From Hyaloraphidium curvatum SAG 235-1 (lineage: Eukaryota > Fungi > Monoblepharomycota), in NCBI GenBank assembly GCA_025558095.1, contig JAIVFI010000012.1, forward strand, positions 248,001 to 312,000: a stretch of DNA of 64,000 bases, given 5' to 3'. The notes beneath the pieces are model-generated. The model ran no database searches. It was not told where the DNA came from and saw only the letters and a program-made list of their open reading frames with translations. Made by a program: the position numbers and the translations under genes. Position 1 is the first letter of the stretch. Each line of letters starts with the position of its first letter. This document shows positions 1 through 10,063 of the stretch, piece after piece.

Positions 1-110
1 TCGAAACCCACCTGACGCGGAGTCCGAGCACCCGCCGAAACGGAATTAGAAATCCGCGGCCTTCAATGGCGCAGCGAACGAGATTCCATCCCGTTCGTGT
101 GCCTGGAGGT

Positions 111-548
111 CTATGAGCCGACCGGCCGCTCCCCGAGCGCCTCGGCGAGCCGGAGCAGGTACCCGTCCGGATCCTGCACCAGGAGCTGTCGCTGCCCCCT
201 CTCGACCTTTCCCGTACGGTACCATTTCTCCTCCGGCTCCATGAACAACGGCCAGCCCGCGGCGGCGAGGCGCTCCAGCACCGGCCCGACCGCGGGGACA
301 AAGATCTGCAGGTTGACCCCGCGCCCCAGGGGCGGCTCCAGGGGTCCCGTCACCCAGTTCCTTCTGTCGGAGCTGCGCGCCTCCAGCATCACCTGCGCGC
401 CGGCGAGGTCCAGGAACGCGAAGCCATCCTCGCGGCGGTCGTACAGCACTTCGAAGCCGACCAGGTCGCGCCAGAAGGCGAGGCTGCGCGCCAGGTCCGA
501 CACGAGGAGCTCGGGGACGAGCGGGGCCAGCGCGATGCCCGCGGGCAT
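111..548 (-). CDS. VOC/glyoxalase-bleomycin resistance family protein (145 aa, intronless, bacterial-like)
   Basis: ATG at 548. LVPELLVSDLARSLAFW...GRGVNLQI...EEKWYR...QLLVQDPDGYLLRL is a typical VOC/BLMT-like pattern. Confidence 0.88.
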   Translation of the reverse strand: MPAGIALAPLVPELLVSDLARSLAFWRDLVGFEVLYDRREDGFAFLDLAGAQVMLEARSSDRRNWVTGPLEPPLGRGVNLQIFVPAVGPVLERLAAAGWPLFMEPEEKWYRTGKVERGQRQLLVQDPDGYLLRLAEALGERPVGS

Positions 549-867
549 TGCTCGAGGGAGGCGTTGGAACGAAAGGAATCGCGGGGAGCGCGCGAGGGCC
601 GTCCCGGCTCGAGGCCAATCGCAGCAGTTCGCCGGCGGTGGCTCAACTCGGCCTCGCACGGGTGGCAGGAGGAAACAAAAGACGCGTTCAGCTCGCGCGG
701 CAAGAGGCAGCGGACGCGATGGGGCCGGTCGTCGGGACGGAAGACGGGAACGCGGCCTGCTTCGCCACCAGTCAGCTGCGATGGAATGACCTTCGGATCC
801 CGACGAAAACGCCCCCGAGATCCGCATTCGGCCGTCGACATTCATTCATTGTACAGGAACACGCCCG

Positions 868-1829
868 TTAGTCGTAGGCCCCCTGCTTGTGATCCCCCAG
901 CAGCCTCCTCTGCCTCGGGTTCGCGTGCTCCACGACGTGCGGCGCAAACTGCCACCGCATGTACGGGCTGAACTGCTGCGCGACCACGCGGCGGCCGTAG
1001 TGGTTCTGCAGGAGGTAGCGCACGCCCTCGGAGGTGTTGATGCCGCCGCTGTGCCAGAGCTCGGAGCGGAAGAAGAGCACGTCGCCGGCCTTGACGAGGA
1101 CGGGTTCGAGGCCTGGGGCGGCGGGCGGCGGTCAGTGCCCGCGCATGGGTGGACGGCGGCCCGAGCAGACCAACCTCTGCCCCGCCAGGTGATCGGCTTC
1201 TCGAACCGCTCCCTGACGCGGTAATCCCGCCCCGGAACCAAGGAGCGCCCGCTCTTGTGGGAACCGGGAATGACGTACGTCGGCGCCTGTGCCTCGCTGT
1301 CCACATCCGACAGGTAAAAGTGCGCCGTGCACAGCATCACGGGCAGCTTCACCCTCCCCGCCACGAGCAGCTCCTCCGGCGCCCCCTCCCCCGCCGCGGA
1401 ATCGAAGAACACGCGGTCCGTGTGCGGGTTCGCGCCGTCGTGGCCCTTCCGGCTGCGCCAGGCCGATTGGCCGATGGCGTGGCAGTCGGATCCCATCGCG
1501 GCTTCGGCGAGGGAGACGACGGGCTCGCGGTCGAGGAGGTCGAGGAAGACGCGGTCCCGGTTGAAGACGCACTTGTAGTGGTCCGTCGGGCCGGTGAGAT
1601 GGCGGTCCCAGGCGAAGCCGGAGAGGCGGTCGATGGCGTCGCGCAAATCGGAGCATTCCGCGGGGGTCAGCACGCCGGGGACGAGGGCGAAGCCGTCCGC
1701 GTGGAGGGCGTCCAGCATGGCCGCGACGTCCGAGTGGTCGAATGTGCGCTGGAGGTAGCGGAACTCGCCGCCCGAGACGTGAGAGCGCACCGCGTCGAGG
1801 CGCGAAAGGGCGGGGGGGTCGCGGTCCAT
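868..1829 (-). CDS. Phytanoyl-CoA dioxygenase (PhyH) family Fe(II)/2OG oxygenase, 2 exons
   Basis: DGFALVPGVL, HTD (HxD), TYVIPGSH and KAGDVLFF..LWHSG motifs. GT-AG intron 1113-1174 with CTGAC branch point joins the ORF 846..2018 frame to the ORF 868..1080 frame. Confidence 0.88.
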
Positions 1830-2104
1830 CGTGACCCAGGAAGACAGGAGCGGCCCGGAATCCGAACACCCGCGATTTGGTCGATTCTCTCGCAAGTCTA
1901 GCGACGCGCCGATGAGCGAACTGTGCCTGACACCGGCGGGAGACAGGAAAGCGGGCCAACTCGAGATTCGATTTAGGGATTTCCCGCCCAACGCAAGCGC
2001 GGCTTCTCCTCGGATCAACAGGCGCCGTCGGCTTCTTGGCCCGTCAATCGGCCTTTAAAGTCCTTCTTATCCACTCTGCGCCCCGGTTGACGCGCCTACG
2101 CGGC

Positions 2105-2974
2105 ATGGCGGCGATGGACGACGACACCGCGTGCCCCGCTTGGCCGGCGCACTTCCCCTTCCGGGTCGCGCTCCGCCGCGACACCGAGGCCATGCTGACC
2201 GCGCTCACCGACGCGCTGTCGGCGCACTTTGGCCCGCGCGTGGTGGACGTCTTCGTGAAGGGCTCCGCGGTCAAGCCGTGGCGCTCGCCGGCCGACTACT
2301 GCCCCGCCGTCTCGGACCTCGACGTGCACGTGCTTCTGGACGATGCGGGCCCGCACGGCTTCGCGTCGGCGGAGGAGGCGCTTTCGGCGCAGGCGGCCGC
2401 CGAGCGCGCCTTCTTTGCCGCGGTGCCGGGCCCGGCGCACGTGCCGCGGCCGCAGGTGCTCTTCCTCGACCCGACCGTGCTCGCCGCGCCGGACTTTGTC
2501 GGGTCGCCGCCCGGCTCGGGGCGCTCGCTCAAGGGCACCAAGTATCCCGCGAGGATTCCCGAGGCCGCGGAGCTCCGCAAGATCGACGCCGCGGCGCTGC
2601 TCCTGGGAGCCCAAGTGGAGGCCGCTTTGCAGCTCAACAAGGTGTTTGCGCGCACCGGCCCGCACGCCCTCATCGTGCTCCGAGAGCTCGCATGGCGCGT
2701 CGGCCCGACCCCTTCGCGGGCCGTGTCCGTGCTGGGCGGCGATTTCGCGCTGGCGTGGGGCAGCAACCGGACGCGGCTCCTGGAGGAGCTGGATGCGCGC
2801 GGCGAGGCGGGTCTCGCCTGGGAGATCAGGGAGTTCTACGACCGGTGCTGGGAGTTCCACCTTTCGGGGGATCGGGACGGGGACGCGGGGAGGGCGGCGG
2901 TGCTGGCGGGCGTGCGGGCGATGCGGGCCGGGGCCGAGCTGGCGTCCCGCCTGGGACACCGGACGTCCCCCTGA
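2105..2974 (+). CDS. Pol-beta-superfamily nucleotidyltransferase-like protein (intronless, prokaryote-like)
   Basis: VFVKGS followed by SDLDVHV matches the hG[GS]..DxD catalytic signature; helical C-terminal region. Confidence 0.65.
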   Translation: MAAMDDDTACPAWPAHFPFRVALRRDTEAMLTALTDALSAHFGPRVVDVFVKGSAVKPWRSPADYCPAVSDLDVHVLLDDAGPHGFASAEEALSAQAAAERAFFAAVPGPAHVPRPQVLFLDPTVLAAPDFVGSPPGSGRSLKGTKYPARIPEAAELRKIDAAALLLGAQVEAALQLNKVFARTGPHALIVLRELAWRVGPTPSRAVSVLGGDFALAWGSNRTRLLEELDARGEAGLAWEIREFYDRCWEFHLSGDRDGDAGRAAVLAGVRAMRAGAELASRLGHRTSP

Positions 2975-3053
2975 ACACTGTGTGTACTGCCGGTCGCGAA
3001 ATGCACGCTACGACGGGCACCGCAGAGCGTTCCTGCGAGGTGCCCGCGGCGCG

Positions 3054-4619
3054 TCACCCCACCGTTCCTCCGATCTCGTCCAGGCACCCCACAAACAGCC
3101 GCATCAGCAGCACCGTCTTTGCGCTCGGCTCGCAGTAGTGCGTGCAGTCGTTCCCCCACGCCCCCTTCCCCGGGTAGTACCTGTACGGATGCGCCAGATG
3201 GAGCGAATGCAGCGCGCGCGAGTACCGCATGGTCGGCACCCCCGCCGCGTCGATCCCCGGCTGCGCCGCGGCGTTGCGCCAGTGCCCCTTTGCCAGGTAA
3301 TCCTCCCACGACGCGTAGGGGTGGCACTCGACCTGCGCGTTGCCCGGCTCGGAGAGGAGGCTCCAGGCGAAGGAGCCGTTCTGGAAGTGCTGCGGGGTGG
3401 ATTCGGCCCACGCCACGCGCGGCCAGCGGCCTTCCGACTGCCGGAGGTGCTTCAGCGCGGCGAGGCCGCGGGAGAAGCGGGACATGTCCTCGGCGTAGTG
3501 TTCCGCGGTGAGCGGGGTGAAGCCCGTCGCGTTGCCCGCGCGGATCTTTTTCACGGCGTCGGGGGAGGGCTTGGCGCCCTGGTTGTACCAGATGCCGAAG
3601 TTGACGACGACGTAGTCGTAGGAGCGCGAGTCGAAGATCTCCCCCATGGAGCGGACAAAGTCCTCGCCCGGCTGGTTCTCGCGGATAAAGTCCAGCGTGA
3701 TGTTGAACCCGAACGGCGGCGGCGGGTCGACCATCCGATTGCCTGGGTGGAAGGTCTTCGTCTTGTCCTTGGGTTGCCAGACCGTCCGGGAGAGGGGGAA
3801 GAACTTGGACGTGCCCGTGAGCCACTGCGCGACGAGCGAGTCGCCGACCGCCGCGATCCGCTTGTGGCCAAACAGGGCAAACAGCCGCGGGTCCGCGGCC
3901 AGCGCGGCCGACATGCGCACCGTCTCGTCGGTCGCGCCCTCGGGGATCCGGCCGGGGGGGTAGGGCAGCTCCAGCAGCGCCTTCATATCCAGCGCGCTCG
4001 CTGCTGCGGAGGGCGCCAGTAACGGCGAATTCGACCCAAAGTACGGGTCCGGCAAGCTGCAGGTCCGCGGCCGCCAATCCGTGTGCAGCGCCCGCATGTC
4101 GGACGTGCAGTTGCTGTCCCAGAAGGACGTGTTCCAGTTGTCGAAGGCGCGCAGCAGCGGGTGAGCGGCGACGGCGCCGGCGGGCCGCGGGACCCACTCG
4201 CCGTCGTCTGCGGCGGCCGAGCACCCGCACGGCGGGAGCGCTGTTCGATCCGGGGCACGATCCGGGGCATCGGCGGTGGGAACTCCCGCGGGTGCGGCAG
4301 GCGGGGCAGGCGGGGGTCCCAGCAGCGGCTCAAAGTCGCCGCCGGTCGGGCCGCCGTCCGCCGCGCCGGCCGTGCGGAATCCCCGCGGCGGGCCGTACGC
4401 CAGCGTCGCTATCAAACCGGCAACGACGGCGAACGACGACAGCCGCGCCACCACGCCGCGGTGGCGGTGCGCGAACGCCGCGCACGGCGGCGGCACCGCG
4501 AGCCCCGTCGCGCCCACGAGCGCGGAAACCGTGCGGAACGGCGCCAGCGCGACGGCAATCGCGGAATGCAGCAGCCCCGACGGCGGCGCCGGCTTGGACC
4601 GGCTGCGCGCTCGCGCCAT
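3054..4619 (-). CDS. PC-esterase/TBL-like (SGNH) polysaccharide O-acetyltransferase, type II membrane protein
   Basis: N-terminal TM and Pro-rich stem; motifs AVGDSL, VVVNFGIWY, ESTPQHF and DCTHYC (GDS...DCxH). Confidence 0.8.
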   Translation of the reverse strand: MARARSRSKPAPPSGLLHSAIAVALAPFRTVSALVGATGLAVPPPCAAFAHRHRGVVARLSSFAVVAGLIATLAYGPPRGFRTAGAADGGPTGGDFEPLLGPPPAPPAAPAGVPTADAPDRAPDRTALPPCGCSAAADDGEWVPRPAGAVAAHPLLRAFDNWNTSFWDSNCTSDMRALHTDWRPRTCSLPDPYFGSNSPLLAPSAAASALDMKALLELPYPPGRIPEGATDETVRMSAALAADPRLFALFGHKRIAAVGDSLVAQWLTGTSKFFPLSRTVWQPKDKTKTFHPGNRMVDPPPPFGFNITLDFIRENQPGEDFVRSMGEIFDSRSYDYVVVNFGIWYNQGAKPSPDAVKKIRAGNATGFTPLTAEHYAEDMSRFSRGLAALKHLRQSEGRWPRVAWAESTPQHFQNGSFAWSLLSEPGNAQVECHPYASWEDYLAKGHWRNAAAQPGIDAAGVPTMRYSRALHSLHLAHPYRYYPGKGAWGNDCTHYCEPSAKTVLLMRLFVGCLDEIGGTVG

Positions 4620-4860
4620 CCCGAGGGAGGAGAATGTTGTTTCGGCGGGACGCGCGTCCACCGGCCTACAGTCCACACCGGTCTTTGACCCTCGACGATC
4701 GAAGGCAGGGAAGTGCTCTTATTGTACGGACACGTTACGTTACAGAGAACGTGCTAGTCACCACCTCGGCTGCACCTTTTCCTCCACTAGGATCACCGCA
4801 GGCCGTCCTCGTGCTCCGAGACGTCCATGGCTGTGGGCGATCTCGCCCACAGGCGTCCGC

Positions 4861-6350
4861 TCACCCGTAGCAGTACGACTCGAGCACCACGGTGATCCCC
4901 AGCCCGCGCAGGATGCCCCACAGGGCAAAGACGACCGTCAGCAGCGTGGCCACCAGCGCGCGCAGCGCCCCGTAGGTCACCTCGAACCCGAAGAACCTTG
5001 CCGGCTGCCAGCCCGCCGCGCACGCTTCCAGCCTGGCCGCGTGGCACGCCAGGGCGCCGCGCTCGGCGTCGGATCCGGATCGCAGGGCGATCGCGCGCGC
5101 GGCGTCGGCGCCCGCGCGGAGCACCCCGGCCGCGGCGCCGATCCGCGCGTTGTGCTCGCCGCGTACACGGCCAGGTTGTCCAGGGTGAACCCCAGCCACC
5201 AGGCGCCGGCGAGGAGCTCCCACAGGGGTATGCACGCCCCCGCGGCCAGGTTGAGCGCGACGGCGGGGAGCAGGGCGAGGGCGCTGACGGTCCAGGAGCG
5301 GATGCCGGCCATCAGCGACGTCTGCCAGCCGTGCCAGGTGTGCGCGAGGTGCTCGAGGATGGCGTAGACGGGGGCCCATTCGCACTCGTCCGGCGCGCCG
5401 GCCGCTGCCTGCCTGTAGCCGTCCAGCATGCGGCCGATCTCGACGGCGAGGCAGTGGCAGATGAGCCGCTGCGACAGCTGGGTCATGGGCGCCCTCGAGA
5501 AGCGGAACACCCTCGCGGCGATAAAACCGGCCCAGAACAGGATGATTGCCAGCAGTGCGGCGCCGACCAGGGCGCCCCACCACGAACTCCACAGGACCGC
5601 GGACGACACCGTGGGGGTCCAAAGCGGGCTGAAAAAAACCCCAAAACCTACGAGCACCATGCGGACAACGAAATCCCCGAGCATCCACCACCCGTTGCGG
5701 CGGCCGATGTTCCCCGCGCACGAGGGCAGCGGGCAAGGGCAGTTCGGGTCGCGTTCCTTGTGCGCGACGAGCCTTCCCCCGGTTCCGGATGGAGGTGCCG
5801 GCTGCTCTTCGTCCCCCTGCGCCTTGATGCCGCCGATCTTCCTATCGGGTGCCGGTGTCGGATCGACGAGCACTCTCCACCGCCACAGCAGGCAGAGCTG
5901 GTGCGACCGCAGATCGTTCGACGCGTCCCACGCCCGGAACAGCGCCGGCAGCGGCCAGCAGATCCCCATGCCGAAAAGCGAGACGGCCACCGACCCCACC
6001 GCGATGTTTTTCGCGCCGAAAGGCACGCTGGTCCCCGCCAAAGCGGGGTACGCTGCGAGGACGGCGACGGCGGCGGTCCAAATCGCGGGGCACACGGCGA
6101 CGAGCCAGCGCGTGCGGCCGCGCCGGGTGAGCGGCAGACAAAAGCGTGCAAACGCGCCGAGGAGGCGCGACGAGCGCGACGCGGCGTCGATCACGCCGGC
6201 GGCCGTCGGTGGTTCCGCCGCATCGAGCGACGCGAGCAGCGCGGACAGCGCGGCGTCCGCGGCGGCGTCGTCGAAGGCGCGGGCCGGCGGCGGCGCGGCA
6301 ACAAACGGCAACGCCGTGGAAAGCTCCTCTTCGCTCAGCGCGCCCGGCAT
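4861..6350 (-). pseudogene. 7-TM membrane protein, copy A (Gr/Or-DUF3537-like family); frameshifted near 5150
   Basis: ATG at 6350 (MPGALSEEEL). A 2-bp insertion relative to copy B (GAGCACAACG vs GAGCAACG) moves the C-terminus ...ARFFGFEVTYGAL...SYCYG into another frame. May be an assembly indel. Confidence 0.75.
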
Positions 6351-6767
6351 CGTGTCCGGCGGATCTAATCGATGAAATCGGCGGGAGGGCGCGGTCTTGG
6401 CGCGCGGACCAATCGCGTCCTTCTCGTCCTCTCTTGCTGCACATAAATTCGAGCATGTAATCACCGTGGCGCGACTAGCTACATTACTGGGTACTCCCCT
6501 GCGGATTCAAGGGTGACGAGGCGCCGACGGGCCCGGTCACATGGGATCTAGTCAATCATTTAGCCTCGGTACCACGGAGCAGCAGCGTGGGCCACGTCCG
6601 CGGGAGAACGAGCGCACAGCTCGGACGGGGGATTGTGGCCTTTGGGCCATCCGCATTCCGATCCTAGGCATCGCGGCCGTCCCTGATGGCCGCGGGATAC
6701 ACGCAGAAGGACCCAGCTTCCCCCGCTTGCAAGCGGGTAGCCTCCTCCGGGCCTCCGCGACGAAAAA

Positions 6768-7100
6768 TCACAATATCCGCGCGATCCCCTTGCGGGAGTC
6801 GGAAGCGCGGCGGCGGAGAGCCCGCAGGCCAACGAGGAGCAGCCCGAGCGCGAGCGCCGCGAGCGCGATGGCGACCGGGAGGGATGACCGGGCTTCCGAA
6901 GGCGTGTCCGTCCCCGCCCCAAGTGTACCGTCGCCCGCAGACCGCTCCCCGGGTCCCTCCCGCGGGATCTCGGCGTCCGGGCCGTCCGTTTCGGGCGGGA
7001 CGAGGTGCCGCATCGCGTCCGCCCACACGTCCGCCTGGAGGCCGACGCCCGCGCTGGCCGGCGCCGCGAGGAAGAGGAGGAGAATGAGCGCGGCCTGCAT
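6768..7100 (-). CDS. Small signal-peptide plus single-TM protein (110 aa)
   Basis: MQAALILLLFLAAPASAG signal; LPVAIALAALALGLLLVGL TM followed by basic RALRRR. Confidence 0.55.
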   Translation of the reverse strand: MQAALILLLFLAAPASAGVGLQADVWADAMRHLVPPETDGPDAEIPREGPGERSAGDGTLGAGTDTPSEARSSLPVAIALAALALGLLLVGLRALRRRASDSRKGIARIL

Positions 7101-7209
7101 GGCCGCGGAGGGGGATCGCATCGCGATGGTGCGGGAGACGCGAGCGGGATTTGACCGCCTCCGGCACCCTCAGGTCTCAATCACCAACACGCTTCACGCG
7201 GGCCACGCG

Positions 7210-8705
7210 ATGCGGGCGCGCTGAGCGAAGAGGAGCTTTCCACGGCGTTGCCGTTTGTTGCCGCGCCGCCGCCGGCCCGCGCCTTCGACGACGCCGCCGC
7301 GGACGCCGCGCTGTCCGCGCTGCTCGCGTCGCTCGATGCGGCGGAACCACCGACGGCCGCCGGCGTGATCGATGCCGCGTCGCGCTCGTCCCGCCTCCTC
7401 GGCTGCTTCGCGCGCGTTTATCTGCCGCTCACCCGGCGCGGCCGCATGCGCTGGCTCGTCGCCCTGTGCCCCGCGATGTGGGCCGCCGTCGTCGCCGTGC
7501 TCGCCGCGTGGCCCGCTTTGGCCGGGTCCGGCGCGCCTTTCGGTGCGAAAAACATTGCGGCGGGGTCGTTGGCCGTCGCGCTTTTCGGCATGGGAATATG
7601 CTGGCCCCTGCCGGCGCTGTTCCGGGCGTGGGAGGCGTCGAACGATCTGCGGTCGCACCAGCTCTGCCTGCTGTGGCGGTGGAGAGTGCTCGTCGATCGG
7701 GCGGTCTCCGGAGGGGAGGCCGGTGGCGGGAAACGGCAGGGGGACGAAGAGCAGCCGGCACCTCCGTCCGGAGCCAAGGGTCGGCTCGTCGCCCACAAGG
7801 AACGGGATCCCAACTGCCCATGCTGGCTACCGTCTTGCGCGGGGAACCTCCCCCGCCGAAACGGGTGGTGGATGCTCGGGGATTTCTTGGTCCGGATGGT
7901 GATGCTGGGCTTCGGGGTCCACTTCAGCCCGCTGTGGACGCCCGTGGTTTCGTCCGCGGTCCTGTGGCGGACGTGGTGGGGCGGCCTGATTGGAGCCGCG
8001 GTGCTGGCCACGATCCTGTTCTGGGCCTTCTTTATCGCCGCGAGGGTGTTTCGCTTCTCGAGGGCGCCCATGACCCAGCTGTCGCAGCGGCTGATCTGCC
8101 GCTGCCTGACCATCGAGATCGGCCGCATGCTGGACGGCTACAGGCAGACCCCGGCCAGCCAGACGGACGGCGCACTGGACAAGCACGACTGGGCCTCCGT
8201 CTACGCCATCCTCGAGCACCTCGCGCACGCCTGGCACGGCTGGCAGACCGCGCTGATGGCCAGCACCCGCTCGTGGACCGTCAGCGCCCTCGCCCTTCTC
8301 CCCGCCGTCGCGCTCAACCTCGCCGCGGGGGCGTGCATCCCCCTGTGGGAGCTCCTCGCCGGCGCCTGGTGGCTGGGATTCACCCTGGACAACCTGGCCG
8401 TGTACGCGGCGAGCAACGCACGGATCGGCGCCGCGGCCGCGGTGCTCCGCGCGGGCGCCGACGCCGCGCGCGCGATCGCCCTGCGATCCGGATCCGACGC
8501 CGAGCGCGGCGCCCTGGCGTGCCACGCGGCCCGCCTCGAGGCGTGCGCGGCAGGCTGGCAGCCGGCGAGATTCTTTGGGTTCGAGGTGACATACGGGGCG
8601 CTGCGCGCGCTCGTTGCCACGCTGCTGACGGTCGTCTTTGCACTATGGGGGATCCTGCGCGGGCTGGGGATCACCGTGGTGCTCGAGTCGTACTGCTACG
8701 GGTGA
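7210..8705 (+). pseudogene. 7-TM membrane protein, copy B; 1-bp deletion just after the ATG, remainder intact
   Basis: ATGCGGGCGCGCTGA vs copy A ATGCCGGGCGCGCTGAGC. Long open frame 7248-8705 with seven hydrophobic segments. May be functional if the indel is an error. Confidence 0.75.
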
Positions 8706-8778
8706 CTTGGACGTGGCTCGGCCGCTGCCCGCATGCAAAGCTCAAAATGTAGTTGCTGTCAATGGGTACCTCAAGCAG

Positions 8779-9807
8779 CTAAAGATCCTCGAACTCGGAG
8801 TAGTCTTCGTCCGGATCCGGGCGCTCTTCCCCTGGAGCGCCCAACGCGTCCGCCTCGCGCGGCAGCCGGCTCAACCCGCCCGGCTTGCCCAGCTCGCGCA
8901 CATCGATCGGCACGGGCACGTCGCCGGGCAGGTCGTGGGCAAACTCCTCGCCGAGCGGCACCCGGAACAGGGTCGGGTACAACCTGTCGACCTCGAGCTC
9001 CCGGTGCGACTCGGGCAGGCCGGCCGTAAGGATCATGTCGGAGCGGAGCTCGGCCAGGTGCACGCTCGTCACGGAGGGCAGCTTCTTGAGCGCCTCCATG
9101 CTCTTTTTCCCGATCGGCCCCCCGCCGGTCTTGGCGATCCGCCTGGGGCGGAAGTCGCGCCTGTTGCAGAGCCGCCGGAACGCGGCCTCGTCCGTTATGT
9201 CCCAGGCCGTCACCCGCGGGCGGACCTTGTCCGCGAGGGCGGCAGATTCGTCCAGGGAAACTTCCAGCTCCTCCAGCTCCGGGCGGCCCGCGACCATGTC
9301 CTCGAGCACCTTGCTCCCGCGCCCGAGCCGCTCCCCCCTGCACTTGACCCGGCGCAGCGCAGGCAGCTTGAAGGGCGCCGATGCGCCGGCGATGGGGCAC
9401 CTGTCGACGACCTCGAGCTCCGCGACGGAGGCGGGCAGGCTGCTGAGTACATCCCGCAGCGCCTTTTCCTCGTCGAACTCGAACGACGCCGAGACGAGCC
9501 CGGGGGCTCCGGCCAGGAGGCGCTTCACCGCCGCGACCCCGGCCAGAGCGCCGCAGTCCGTCCTCACGCGCCGCACGTGCCCGAGCCAGCCGTTGCCTTC
9601 CCAAGTGCCCACGCGCTCAGCGAGCGGCACCGACGAGGTGCGGAGGTGCACGAACTCCGCGAAGGCGAGCGGGGCGAGGAGCGCGAGTGTGGCGCGGGAT
9701 GACTGGGCGAGCTCGAGCTGCCACCGGCGCGGGAGGAACCCCGAGATGCGGTAGAGGACTTCGAGGGGGAACACGGGGTCCTCGGCGGCGGGGGCGGGGA
9801 CGGCCAT
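8779..9807 (-). CDS. F-box-like / LRR-like protein
   Basis: FPLEVLYRISGFL F-box-like start; repeated LxxLxV segments (LPALRRV, PELEELEV, LPSVTSVHL). Confidence 0.6.
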   Translation of the reverse strand: MAVPAPAAEDPVFPLEVLYRISGFLPRRWQLELAQSSRATLALLAPLAFAEFVHLRTSSVPLAERVGTWEGNGWLGHVRRVRTDCGALAGVAAVKRLLAGAPGLVSASFEFDEEKALRDVLSSLPASVAELEVVDRCPIAGASAPFKLPALRRVKCRGERLGRGSKVLEDMVAGRPELEELEVSLDESAALADKVRPRVTAWDITDEAAFRRLCNRRDFRPRRIAKTGGGPIGKKSMEALKKLPSVTSVHLAELRSDMILTAGLPESHRELEVDRLYPTLFRVPLGEEFAHDLPGDVPVPIDVRELGKPGGLSRLPREADALGAPGEERPDPDEDYSEFEDL

Positions 9808-10029
9808 TGCTCGTTGGAGCGGAGTTGCGTGTCGGTCGGCCCGTGCGACGGGGAGGCTTCTCCGCGGTGTCACCCGAAGTCTGCGAAGGAGCGCCGGTCG
9901 ATGGAATAGTGGGAACAAATAGATATGTAAATGCTACGGCGGATATCCTAAGATATGCTCGGTATTCCTGTGCAACTCAGCGCGGCCAATTCAAGTCCGG
10001 GGTATCGCATCCCAGCGGCATCTCCAACG

Positions 10030-10053
10030 CCCCCCCCCCCCCCCCCCCCCCCC
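10030..10053. repeat. 24-nt poly-C (poly-G on the transcribed strand) homopolymer
   Basis: Uninterrupted C run starting 10 nt beyond the stop codon of the minus-strand gene that ends at 10064. Confidence 0.9.
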
Positions 10054-10063
10054 TCCCTCCTTC

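Larger units (their letters stand above)
4861..8705. repeat. Inverted gene duplication: arms 4861-6350 and 7210-8705, spacer about 860 bp
   Basis: Reverse-complement similarity from ATG to TGA, near-identical at both ends and more diverged in the middle. Confidence 0.92.

Noticed and set aside
6480-6560. Small hairpins (GTGAC...GTCAC) in the inverted-repeat spacer as possible ncRNA or SECIS
   Set aside because: No tRNA, snRNA or SECIS consensus could be established and no convincing in-frame Sec TGA was found.
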